32,170 nucleotides of DNA, from NCBI RefSeq assembly GCF_001194135.2, contig NC_068985.1, forward strand, positions 39,330,075 to 39,362,244. Reading direction: 5' to 3'. How positions within the stretch are numbered: position 1 is the first letter of the stretch; the number at the start of each line of letters is the position of its first letter. Below the pieces are notes generated by a model. That model was not told where the DNA came from, did not search any database, and was given only the letters and a program-made list of their open reading frames with translations. This stretch comes from Octopus bimaculoides. Lineage: Eukaryota. Below are positions 1 through 10,528 of the stretch, piece by piece. The position numbers were made by a program, and so were the translations under genes.

Positions 1-465
1 TATATATATATATATATGCATATACGTATATATGTGTGTCGATATAGATGCATACATATGTGTGTGGGGGGCGGGAGTCTATGTCTGTGTTTCTTGTAGG
101 AACATCGCATCGGTCCACTGGCGAAAAGGAGCCTGACCTTGGGTTCATTTCACTCGAAAACATTAGCGAACGAAAGAAAAGAAGCAAGATAAAAAGTGAA
201 AGCAGAATGACAGACAAATAATAAAGAAGAATAGGAAAAATAGTGATAAAAGAAAAAAAAACTGAGTGAGTGAAAAGACGGAAGAAGGAAACAAAATGAA
301 GAAGGAAACAAAATGGAGTCGAATAAAGAAATAACAGAATGTAAAACGTAAAAAGGAACTGTTAACATACCAAGCATAAAAGAACATTTTAATAGTCCTC
401 TTTCAAACATGTGCATGCAAATGAGTTTTTGTGTGTGTGTGTCTGTGAGTGTGTGTGTGTGTGTG

Positions 466-872
466 NNNNNNNNNNNNNNNNNNNNNNNNNNNNNNNNNNN
501 NNNNNNNNNNNNNNNNNNNNNNNNNNNNNNNNNNNNNNNNNNNNNNNNNNNNNNNNNNNNNNNNNNNNNNNNNNNNNNNNNNNNNNNNNNNNNNNNNNNN
601 NNNNNNNNNNNNNNNNNNNNNNNNNNNNNNNNNNNNNNNNNNNNNNNNNNNNNNNNNNNNNNNNNNNNNNNNNNNNNNNNNNNNNNNNNNNNNNNNNNNN
701 NNNNNNNNNNNNNNNNNNNNNNNNNNNNNNNNNNNNNNNNNNNNNNNNNNNNNNNNNNNNNNNNNNNNNNNNNNNNNNNNNNNNNNNNNNNNNNNNNNNN
801 NNNNNNNNNNNNNNNNNNNNNNNNNNNNNNNNNNNNNNNNNNNNNNNNNNNNNNNNNNNNNNNNNNNNNNNN
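466..872. other. Assembly gap (N run), first of nine: also 9224-9900, 11112-11380, 12251-12330, 14101-14129, 22785-23357, 25454-25706, 28118-28554, 30253-30890
   Basis: Runs of n read directly. Most are bordered by simple repeats; 9224-9900 is bordered by a SINE head and a palindrome. ORFs containing X runs are artefacts. Confidence 0.99.
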
Positions 873-2447
873 ATATATATATATGTAGTCACGCATTTAT
901 AGACATACACTCGCGTATACGAGTATATATATACATGCGCACACGTGCAGACGCATGAGACGCGTCTCAAGATATAAAAATCGTTTCTTAACACACACAT
1001 GAATATACAATCAACCAAACGGACACACAACAATTCGCGAAAACACACACCACAAAACGCTAACAAGCAAAAGCAAACACGCGAGCACATTAAATATGCA
1101 CCCACCCAAACACATGCTCATGAAATAATACTTATCTATGCACGCTCGCTCATAAGCTACTACATGCTAATGGACATACATTAGAAATACAAAATGAACA
1201 TATATAACATAAATACACACATACACTGATATGCGTACTTATATACGTTTATATGAGAGTCCCGCCAGTACGATTAAACAAATAAACTACTCTATATCAA
1301 AATATCAACAAATCTTTCTGATTTTATATAGTTTAACGGAGAGAAAAATGCAAGCTTTTAGAAACAAGCATTTTAATGCCATCACTCTTTGTGTACATAA
1401 ATGTGTAAATATGTAAGTGTATTAATGTGCATCCATATGGATACGTGAGTCTGTGTAAGTATGGTGTGAGTCTATTTATGCCTTTGTGTGTGTTTGTAAG
1501 AATATTGAAGTATATATGAGAAGCTAGAGTGGAAAAGTGTATATATTCGGTTAAGAAAGATTAATGGAGAAAATACTCTAGGGCGTGCTCTGCATGGAAG
1601 CCAAAATATAAGGTTGCTTCAAATATAGTTAGTTTTGAATGAGCCAAGAAATTAAGATTTATAAAGATTGCACCTGGCCACCACAAGCTTCCGTCCTTGT
1701 TGTTGTTGCGCAGCTTGTGTGTGTCAATGAGAGCTATGTCACCAGAGAGCAAGCTTCTAGCGTGGCCTCCTATGTTGGACAGGTCAAAGAACAGAGGGCC
1801 CATCTACTCTTAGAGATAAAAATGGGTTTTCCAAAGTCCAAATACCCTACCTACAAAGCAGTAATATTACAGAAACATCAATTATTCACAACCAACAAAA
1901 CAGGAAAGAAAGGCAGCTGTTGATGTCATATTCCCCAAGGGGAGCAAAGAGCTTATTATAAGTTTTAACTGGGGTGAAGTAATAGAATAATTATCTTAAC
2001 AGTTAATTCTAGTAAACAATAAAGTTTAATGAAGCCAAACTGCAAGTTCAAGTCTTTCTCTGTAAATTTTGAACGGATATGAATACACCTTCTTACAGGC
2101 AATGTGCTCAGAAAACGGATAAAGACTTCACTGACATGATCTACAATTGAAAATTCGTTGGCCACTCATTCAAAGACAGGTACTCACTTGTACTTCTAGT
2201 AACATTATCTACTAAACTCTGACACACTTGAACGACGAGATTAATTTGACTGTCGTACATTTATGGACACACACAACCATACATGTATGTGTGGTGGGGG
2301 TGTATATATGTGTGTTAACACTTGTGCGAAGCAAACATTAGGCAAATGAATGGTGTGTTAATTCACCAGTATTTGCTTTTGTTGTTCAAATAGATGATAC
2401 ATGCCACTTATTTGTATTAGTTCACTTTCGTTTAAAATATACAGATA

Positions 2448-2517
2448 CATGTGTATGTGTGTATGTATGTGTATATGTATGTATATGTATGTGTGTATGT
2501 ATATGTACGTGTGTACG

Positions 2518-2570
<53 letters not shown>
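2448..2570. repeat. Compound microsatellite (TATG/TG)n followed by (TA)n
   Basis: Read directly; one of many such tracts. Confidence 0.95.
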
Positions 2571-2575
<5 letters not shown>

Positions 2576-2979
2576 CGAACCTATATGTGAATGCATATGT
2601 ACATAGACAGGTATTCATGTACGTATGTTTACATGCATTCATGCATTTATTTACGAATTATATGCAACATGTATGAAGCAATAAATCTACATGAAATAAT
2701 ATATTTCGATTCCCCCAATATCGACCCATGGATAGGCAGAAAACAATTCTCATTAAACATTGGTGATATCTCTGTAATTATCAAAGATAAGGATATCAGA
2801 TATCAAACTGGATTATATCATAATTATATCTTGTGATATTTATCATAAATATTGTAAACCATTACACAGTAGGGGTGTGCGTGTGTGTACATGGATGCAT
2901 TGGTGTGTGCTCAGGTCAAGCTCTTTGCTGCGCCCGAGGGTATAGGTTGAAAGCTGAGATTGGGGACCTGTGGTGGCAG

Positions 2980-3570
2980 TCATGGTAGGGCGCGCAAATA
3001 CGACAGGATGTACTTCTTTTCATGAGGACAAGTGTTAAAGACTCCACTCCTGCTATTCAAGTAAACATGCGTGCGTTGGGTATCCTTTAAAATGGCTCAC
3101 TTCTCAGCCAGGTACAACCTGCACTTCCTGCTGCTATTGAAGTACGGTTTGCATTTCTCCAGGATTTTCCACTTTATGTTGTACTCTATGGCGCTTTCTT
3201 TCAAAGACCAAACGTGCTTGTGGTATTACGTTGTGGTATTACGTCTCTCCGGGATGTTGAAAAAAGACTTGTGGTTGTTTAAGCGGGTTCTGAAGGGGCC
3301 TTCCGTTGCCCCCACATACTCTTGCGCGATCGGTTGCCCATTGGAGCTTATGGCTGTTACCTCTGCTTTGTATACAACTGTCTCCGTGTTACAGTAGCCG
3401 TTCAGCGGACAAGTTGTGTTACCCCTGCATGAGCATCCTGCCTCTGTCTCGAGTATAGGCCTACCTACTAAAATCTTTTTTACACTAGGTGCACAACTAA
3501 ACAATATTCTCAGAGTATGTCAATTAAATATTTTGTTAAATCTATTAGTACGGGGGAAGTGTTTATCAAC
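2980..3570 (-). mobile_element. Penelope-like retroelement 3' fragment (RT-EN linker plus GIY-YIG endonuclease), pseudogenised
   Basis: One minus frame reads VDKHFPRTNRFNKIFN*HTLRILFSCAPSVKKIL...CSCRGNTTCPLNGYCNTETVVYKAEV...EYVGATEGPFRTRLNNHKSFFNIPERRNTTT*YHKHVWSLKESAIEYNIKWKILEKCKPYFNSSRKCRLYLAEK*AILK...LNSRSGVFNTCPHEKKYIL. It shows the VVY..YVG variant of GIY-YIG, conserved R/NH/E/N positions and a Cys linker; three in-frame stops. Confidence 0.9.
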
Positions 3571-3734
3571 TACATGTGTATATATATATATATATATATA
3601 TGAATATTATATGTTACCTCGAATAAGAGAAGGAATTAAACATTTATTTCACTTGATTTAATATTTTTCCTTTATATTTTTCTTATGATTGACTTGCATT
3701 ACTCTCTCTTTCTTTATCTCTCTCTTTCTCTCCC

Positions 3735-3768
<34 letters not shown>

Positions 3769-4384
3769 TCTCAATAATCTCTCTTTCCCCTTTCTCTGTC
3801 TTCTACTTCCCTCTCTCACTCTCTTTCTTCCCTGTTCCTTTCTGCTAAATATTGTATTTCCAAAAACTTGTACACTACCAATATTGCCGTTTTCATGTAT
3901 GTTTCGGCCTGAGGTTACTGCATATTAACAATAACACTCGTGTCCTACGTAATAATCACCAGACAAGAGTTCACAAATTCTGAGACTATATTATATTGAA
4001 TCAGACTGGTTTTATTAATGATAGCCATTCTATGCAGTTGGTGGTGTTGAAATTATCATGTCACTTACGACAAAAATATGTGGACGTCTAGGTTTTTTAA
4101 TCCATGCTCCGGCACACAGGCATAACGACTTTTGTCATGTACGATATTAATCGAGGTTTTCAGCAGTAGAGAGACAGTTAATTAAAGAATATATACATAC
4201 AAGTATATATGCATTTTTCACAATATACACATGCGCGTGTGAGCACACACAGGCACACATACACAAATATGCATACATACTTACATACATACAAACGTAC
4301 ATCCATACACACATACATACGGTTAAGTTAATATATTCTATGTGTACGTCCTTTTGACTTTTGTTGTTTTGGTATCTATTTTTC

Positions 4385-4421
<37 letters not shown>

Positions 4422-4522
4422 TATATGTATGTGTGTACATGTGTGTATGTATATGTATACATTTACACACATACATAATACATACATACATACATACGTA
4501 CGTAAATACTTGGAACCCGCTC

Positions 4523-4656
4523 GGCACTGTGATAAAGATGTTCGCATTCACGCAGTCCAGATTCCACCCTCCTGCACAGAAACTCAGAAAAATTTCTTCT
4601 ACTGTAGACTAAATCTTGACTAATACATCTTAAATTGTATTTGATAGAGAAAAACT
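4523..4656 (+). mobile_element. Highly diverged 5' part of SINE family C
   Basis: Patchy similarity to the head at 27181-27341 (ttcttctactgtag vs gtcttctactacag; tttgatagagaaaaact vs ttcggtaaacggaaac). Confidence 0.45.
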
Positions 4657-5175
4657 CCACCACAACCAGCAGTAATTATCTATGTGCATTTATTTGCTGT
4701 CACACGCTAAAGAGACAGTATGGAAGTAGGAAGTTGTCAATGGATAAATAAAGTGAGAGTAATAGAAAACATATTCTGTAATGGACAGGCATCTCGTCCA
4801 GGATGTGGATGTGGGAGTGTATATACACCAGAGAACACGGGAAACCAGCCTTATGAGTTTATGACTCTGGAAGGACCTTTGATACTTCGGATAGAAAATT
4901 CATTGGAGGAGATTGGGGTTTTATCTGTTACGTTTGTCTAAAATAGCAAACAAGGGAAGATTGATTGAGAGAATTAAAATTGAGAAGTTAGAGGTACAAC
5001 AACGGTCGCGGAAAATTAACGTGTACAGAAATTTAGTGGATATCAGGACTTACTTTTCTCATAGGTGTGTGTGCATGTATCTATACACGCAACACTGAGA
5101 TGTTCATACGAGAACATCTGGAAAACTGGGTGGCGTGAAAGTTGCGAGATAAAAATCCAGTTTCAATTAACCATA

Positions 5176-5818
5176 CGTGGTCTGGATTATTGCCATAGTA
5201 ACGAAGCTATAGCATGCAGAGTAAAGCCGCTTGCCACAGATTGACCTTGAGCTCTGTTATGCATGCGCAATACGTTTTAACGTTCTAGCTCACTTCCGCT
5301 GTGTACATCAGTGCTTGGAGGTAACGTGTGTAGCGTATGATCGTCGTATTGACGTTGACAGCGCAAGTTGAGCAGAAAATCTGCATCAAATTTTGCCAAA
5401 AGCTTGGCGATACCTGCTAAGAGGCCTACGCAAAGTTTTCAAAATGGTTTCATCGTTCTCGACACTATCAAAGGGATATTCAACTGAAACCCGAGTGTCT
5501 TTTTGTCAGCTGAAAGCAGTCTTGGCACAAACTTAGTCTCATACTCAAATCTTTAGTGATAATGGACTGAACTGAACCGTAACTAACCTGCACATCCTCT
5601 GATAATTCACGGATGGGGATTCGACGATTTCCCCTCACAGCTGAACGCACATCTGTGATGTTTTTCTCAGTTCTACTGGTTGTAGGTCTCCCAGAACGTT
5701 GAAATTTAGTGCGTATGCACAGCAGAGTTTAAGGTCCATCTTTACCAAGCGGCTTTACTCTGCATGCTATAGCTTCGTTACTATGGTAATAGCCTGGATA
5801 CCTATTGATCAGACCTCT
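5176..5818. mobile_element. Rearranged mariner (Tc1/mariner) derivative with two left ends in inverted orientation, TA-flanked
   Basis: Inverted repeat 5176-5286 vs 5693-5818; TA at 5174-75 and 5819-20. Plus strand 5355-5435 gives transposase N-terminus (L)TAQVEQKICIKFCQKLGDTC*EAYAK. Minus strand 5698-5436 gives RSGRPTTSRTEKNITDVRSAVRGNRRIPIRELSEDVQVSYGSVQSIITKDLSMR / KFVPRLLSAD / DSVENDETILK, typical mariner HTH and VPRLL linker. Confidence 0.9.
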
Positions 5819-5867
5819 TATACTTTACTTCACTCTGTCTCATTCGTTCATGTGTATATATACATTC

Positions 5868-5870
5868 ATA

Positions 5871-5966
<96 letters not shown>

Positions 5967-6110
5967 TAGACAGGCAGACAGACAGACGGACAGACAAACA
6001 GACAAACAGACAAACAGTCAGACAGACCGAGGAGACAAGCAGACAGAAGAGAGACAGACAGACAGAATAGATAGATGTAGACTGATAGTTTGATAGGTAG
6101 ATCGATAGAT
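5868..6110. repeat. Compound microsatellite (TA)n-(GA)n-(GACA)n-(GATA)n
   Basis: Read directly. Confidence 0.95.
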
Positions 6111-6355
6111 AGATACTCAAGCACACACAAACGAATACATATCTATTTAGTTGCGATTTAAACGTTGTTGATAGCTAATCGAGAAGCTCGTTTTGAGGCG
6201 AAACGAAAATTAATCAAAACGAATTTTATCAAATATCCATTTCTTATATAAGAATTTCAAACGTTACTTTTCCTACAGTTTGTTCCTTGTTACAGAAATA
6301 GTAGCAAACTTTTCAATGAAAGCACAAAACACTTCTAATATGAGGCATTGAAATA

Positions 6356-6572
6356 AAGGTGGTGATCTGGTAGAGTTGTTACTGCGCCGAACAAAAATCT
6401 TAGTGACATTTCTTCCAGATATTTATATTATGCGTTCATATTCTGCCGTGATCTGCCTTCCCTATACCCTTTAATGGGCGATAAAATGAATACCATTTGA
6501 GTACTGGGGTTGATTTAATCGTCTTAGTCCACCCTCAGATTCCTGGCCTTTTTCAAAATTAGAAAGAATATC
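6356..6572 (+). mobile_element. Diverged tRNA-headed SINE, family B
   Basis: Colinear similarity to 14246-14460 (gcgttcatattctgccg; gcgataaaatgaataccatttgagtactggggttgatttaatcg). Confidence 0.7.
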
Positions 6573-6634
6573 AATGGTTGAAGTATGTGTGATATGAATA
6601 GATTTAAGAATTCTTTTATTCTTTTCTTTTATGC

Positions 6635-7031
6635 TTTTACTTGTTTCAATCATCTGACTGTGGTCATGCTGGAGCACCGCCTTTTTGTCGAGCAAATCGA
6701 CCCCCGGGACTTATTTTTTGTAAGCCTAGTACTTAGTCTATCGTTCTCTTTTGCCGAACCGCTAAGTTACGGGGATGTAAACATACCACAATTGGTTGTC
6801 AATCGATGTTGGGGGGGGAGAGACAAACACAGACACAAACATACATACACACACATACATATACATATATATATATACGACGGGCTTATTTCTGTTTCCG
6901 TCTACCAAATCGACTCACAAGGCTTTGGTCGGCCCGAGGCTATAGTAGAAGACACTTGCCCACAGTGCCACGCCGTGGGACTGAACCCGGAACCGTGTGG
7001 TTGGTAAGCAGGCTACTTACCACACAGCCAC
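6635..7031 (-). mobile_element. tRNA-headed SINE, family C, full length with internal (CA/TA)n
   Basis: Minus strand begins gtggctgtgtggtaagtagcctgcttaccaaccacacggttccgggttcagtccc (A/B-box-like); homologous to 8090-8632, 26070-26424 and 27181-27341. Confidence 0.9.
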
Positions 7032-7108
7032 GGTTAATATAAAATAATAAGCATTTTGGTGATGTGAGTTTATTCTTCGCTGTTGCGGTGTAAATTTGGA
7101 GCTTTGTG

Positions 7109-7418
7109 AAGGGGCGTAGCTTAGTGGTTAAGGCATTCAGCTCATAGTCGTATGGTCGTGAGTTCGATTACCAGTGTCGCGTTGTGTCCTGAATCAAAAT
7201 GCTTCATTTTATGTTACTCCCATCCGCTCAGCTTGCAAAAATAAGTTGTACTTGTATTTCAAAGAGCCTTGTAACAATCTGTGTCACGCTGAATCTCTCA
7301 AAGAAGTACGTTAAAGGTACCTTTGTCTATGGAGTGTTCAGCGTTGATTTTACGTGCTGGCGGTTTCGTTAATCCTATCAACTGGAACTCTTGTCGTCGT
7401 AACCGACTGAGTGCCAAT
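7109..7418 (+). mobile_element. tRNA-headed SINE, family A (CORE-like gcgttgtgtcct body plus shared tail)
   Basis: Head ggggcgtagcttagtggtt...gagttcgatt; colinear with 13764-14070; tail shared with 8899-9075. Confidence 0.85.
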
Positions 7419-7420
7419 AT

Positions 7421-8895
7421 ACGTAGCAATAACGCAATTTAGACATCAACTAAATCAATCTGGTTGTGTTTGAAGGAAGAAAAGTGTGTCAGATTATCAA
7501 GGATACGTGAGTAACCTAAAGCATTGTTCACAAGGACTATGATTGTATTGTCTAAGTTCTTAGCCTTCTTTTTAACATTCTTTGTTATCTGAGTAGTAAC
7601 ACCGAGCAACCCAAACTTAGAACAACTGTTCTGTATATCCATTCCTTTATATTTGATAACCATATAGCAGGAACATAAGATTCAGAGTAATTTTTTTATT
7701 ATTACTAGTGTTTCAGAATAGTAAACGGCCAGTGGATTGAACTTTAGATGGGAAGCATGACCACAAAGTAGGAAAGCCATAATATTTTTGGTAGCTTGAA
7801 CCCTGATGATAAATTTGTTTCTTCTTTGTAAATGTGAATTCTTTTTTGGCAATCATTTCCAAAACATATTTGCTTCATTTACGTTTTAAGAATTGCTGTG
7901 GTGTGTATCATCTTTCAGCAATAACATTTTTCATTAAAGTTGTCTAAGCAGCTGCAGCTATTTTGTCAGTATTCAGTTATCTGTGAGTTATGCAATTTTT
8001 AGTGGTTTTTGAAACGATCAAATTAACAACGAATTGCCACGAAGTTTTCACTTTCGGCATTAGAAGTGCTATTTTTATCTCTAATGTCTTTTTTGTTTTA
8101 GTCGTTGGACTACGGTCAACCTGGAGCACCGCTTTAAAAATTTAAGTCGTCTCATATCTTTTGTACTTGCTTTAGTCATTGGACTACGGTCAGCTTGGAG
8201 CACGGCCTTGAAATTTTAAGTCGACAAAAACCACCCATTAACGTATTTTGAAGTCTGGTGCTCATTCTATCTCTTTGGCCGACCCGCTAAGTTACGGGGA
8301 AATAAACAAACGAACAGCTGTTGTCATGCGTCATTGGGGACAAACACAAACTCGAAAGCACACACATATGCATATTATATGCGCGCGCGCACACAACTCA
8401 AACACACACGCGCATACATACGCGCACGCACGCACTCGCACGCGCAAACATACACACACACATACACATACACACACATGAGTGGCTTCCACACACTTTC
8501 CGTTTCCCAAATTTACTCACAAGTCACTAGTCGGCACGGTGGTTTAGTAAAAGATACTTTCCCAAGGTACAGCGCCAAGAGACTGAACCCGAAACTATAT
8601 GGTTCTAAATTGAGCTTCTTAACCTTATAGCTTTTTTTAGGTCATGAAATAATCTTAAAACTGTCATTTATATGACAAATGGCGAACATAGAGAGTGGCA
8701 TAAATGCATGTCCTCCATCTATTTGTTTAGACTTATCTCCATAATTTCCATTATATTGTTTCTATTCTTAATATCCGTTATCCTGTTTATATTCTTAATT
8801 AAATATATAACAGGTAAATGTGTTACGTTTCGAGCAAAAGCTTTAATTATTTCAGTATTGTTGCGATCTATTCGTCCACTTGTTTGATATGGACT
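7421..8895 (-). mobile_element. Fossil pogo/Tigger (CENP-B-like, DDE_1) transposase interrupted by a SINE at 8090-8632
   Basis: Minus-strand pieces in correct order across frameshifts: GRIDRNNTEIIKAFARNVTHLP; RNNIMEIMEISLNK*MEDMH...LRLFHDLKK; [SINE]; AESENFVAIRC*FDRFK; YTPQQF/NVNEANMFWK*LPK; RIHIYKEET; FLLCGHASHLKFNPLAVYYSE; VPAIWLSNIKEWI; KNLDNTIIVLVNNALGY; FLPSNTTRLI*LM; VIAT. These match the Tigger pattern YTPQQVFNVDETGLFWK..LLLCGNA..W.SNKKAW..LLLDNAPGH..FLPPNTTSLIQPMD. Confidence 0.8.
8090..8632 (-). mobile_element. Older SINE family C copy with duplicated 3' end and expanded (CA/CG)n
   Basis: Colinear with 6635-7031 (ggagcac, ccgctaagttacgggga, ttccgtttcccaaatttactcacaag, gactgaacccgaaac). 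Confidence 0.8.
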
Positions 8896-8898
8896 AAT

Positions 8899-9223
8899 TG
8901 TTGGCACTCCGTCGCTTACGACATCGAGGGTTCCAGTTGATCCGATCAACGGAACAGCCTGCTCGTGAAATTAACGTACAAGTGTCTGAGCACTCCACAG
9001 ACACGTGTACCCTTAACGTAGTTCTCAGGGATATTCAGCGTGACACAGTGTGACCCTTTGAATTACAGGTACAACAGAAACAGGAAGTAAGAGAAAGTTG
9101 TGGTGAAAGAGTACGGCAGGGTTCGCCACTATCCCCTGCCGGAGCCTCGTAGAGCTTTAGGTGTTTTCGCTCAATAAACACTCACAACGCCCGGTTTGGG
9201 AATCGAAATCGTGATCCTATGAC
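8899..9223 (-). mobile_element. tRNA-headed SINE with family-A tail but a different body; 5' end lost in gap
   Basis: 8899-9075 is the reverse complement of the tail of 7109-7418 and 13764-14070. 9076-9190 is unrelated to their body. The minus strand starts with B-box-like gatttcgattcccaaaccgggc. Confidence 0.8.
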
Positions 9224-9900
9224 NNNNNNNNNNNNNNNNNNNNNNNNNNNNNNNNNNNNNNNNNNNNNNNNNNNNNNNNNNNNNNNNNNNNNNNNNNNNN
9301 NNNNNNNNNNNNNNNNNNNNNNNNNNNNNNNNNNNNNNNNNNNNNNNNNNNNNNNNNNNNNNNNNNNNNNNNNNNNNNNNNNNNNNNNNNNNNNNNNNNN
9401 NNNNNNNNNNNNNNNNNNNNNNNNNNNNNNNNNNNNNNNNNNNNNNNNNNNNNNNNNNNNNNNNNNNNNNNNNNNNNNNNNNNNNNNNNNNNNNNNNNNN
9501 NNNNNNNNNNNNNNNNNNNNNNNNNNNNNNNNNNNNNNNNNNNNNNNNNNNNNNNNNNNNNNNNNNNNNNNNNNNNNNNNNNNNNNNNNNNNNNNNNNNN
9601 NNNNNNNNNNNNNNNNNNNNNNNNNNNNNNNNNNNNNNNNNNNNNNNNNNNNNNNNNNNNNNNNNNNNNNNNNNNNNNNNNNNNNNNNNNNNNNNNNNNN
9701 NNNNNNNNNNNNNNNNNNNNNNNNNNNNNNNNNNNNNNNNNNNNNNNNNNNNNNNNNNNNNNNNNNNNNNNNNNNNNNNNNNNNNNNNNNNNNNNNNNNN
9801 NNNNNNNNNNNNNNNNNNNNNNNNNNNNNNNNNNNNNNNNNNNNNNNNNNNNNNNNNNNNNNNNNNNNNNNNNNNNNNNNNNNNNNNNNNNNNNNNNNNN

Positions 9901-10024
9901 AAATAATAACGCCACACAGTGGACTTCTCAAAATAACCACATTTAATACCTAAAGCGAGGAACTGAACGCTTTAGGTACTAAATGTGGTTATTTTGAGAA
10001 GTCCACTGTGTGGCGTTATTATTT
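9901..10024. repeat. Near-perfect inverted repeat: 57-bp arms, 10-nt loop, one mismatch
   Basis: 9901-9957 is the reverse complement of 9968-10024 except tttaatacc vs tttagtacc; loop aggaactgaa. Confidence 0.97.
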
Positions 10025-10108
10025 TTCTGTAATAATGCCCTTTATATAAATATAAACGAATAATATATATATATATATATGTATATCCTTTCGATTCCCA
10101 ATATAGTG

Positions 10109-10157
<49 letters not shown>

Positions 10158-10342
10158 AATAAAAAACATATGCATAGATATTTATTTTGGGGGACTGTGG
10201 ATCTTGAAGCACATACAGCTATGAATAATAGGCTTTATGTACTTCGAGATACACTTTTCGATAAATGACTTTTATTTCACGCTCTTTCGAAAGTTTATAA
10301 AATTCCTATAATGTCAGCAACTCGTGTCCGCATCAACCGAAT

Positions 10343-10484
10343 CTGTGTGCGTGTGTGTGTGTGTGTCTGTATCTGTGTCTGTGTGTCTGTGAGTGTGTGT
10401 GTCTGTCTGTGTGTCTGTCTGTGTGTCTGTATCTATGCGTGTGAGTGTGTGTGTGTTTGGGTGGGTGTGAGTGGGTGGGTGTGT

Positions 10485-10525
<41 letters not shown>
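10343..10525. repeat. Imperfect (GT)n/(GTCT)n microsatellite, with (CA)n nearby at about 10110-10152
   Basis: Read directly. Confidence 0.95.

Positions 10526-10528
<3 letters not shown>

Noticed and set aside
150-1105. ORFs spanning N gaps here and at 9171-9953, 10910-11616, 22672-23472, 25289-25894 and 28018-28813
   Set aside because: Open only because Ns and dinucleotide repeats contain no stop codons.
3097-3522. In-frame TGA codons (3097-99, 3520-22) in the Penelope-like ORF as possible selenocysteine recoding
   Set aside because: They align with Arg-like and hydrophobic positions, not Cys; a TAA is also in frame and a conserved Cys is mutated. Ordinary decay is simpler.
3885-3970. Minus-strand ctggtga ... 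ggccgaaacatac resembling a hammerhead
   Set aside because: Stems I and II cannot be closed around the core segments.
8097-8223. CRISPR-like repeat-spacer pattern here and in the 28987-29490 repeats
   Set aside because: Only two or three degenerate units of SINE or low-complexity origin, in a eukaryotic context with no cas genes.
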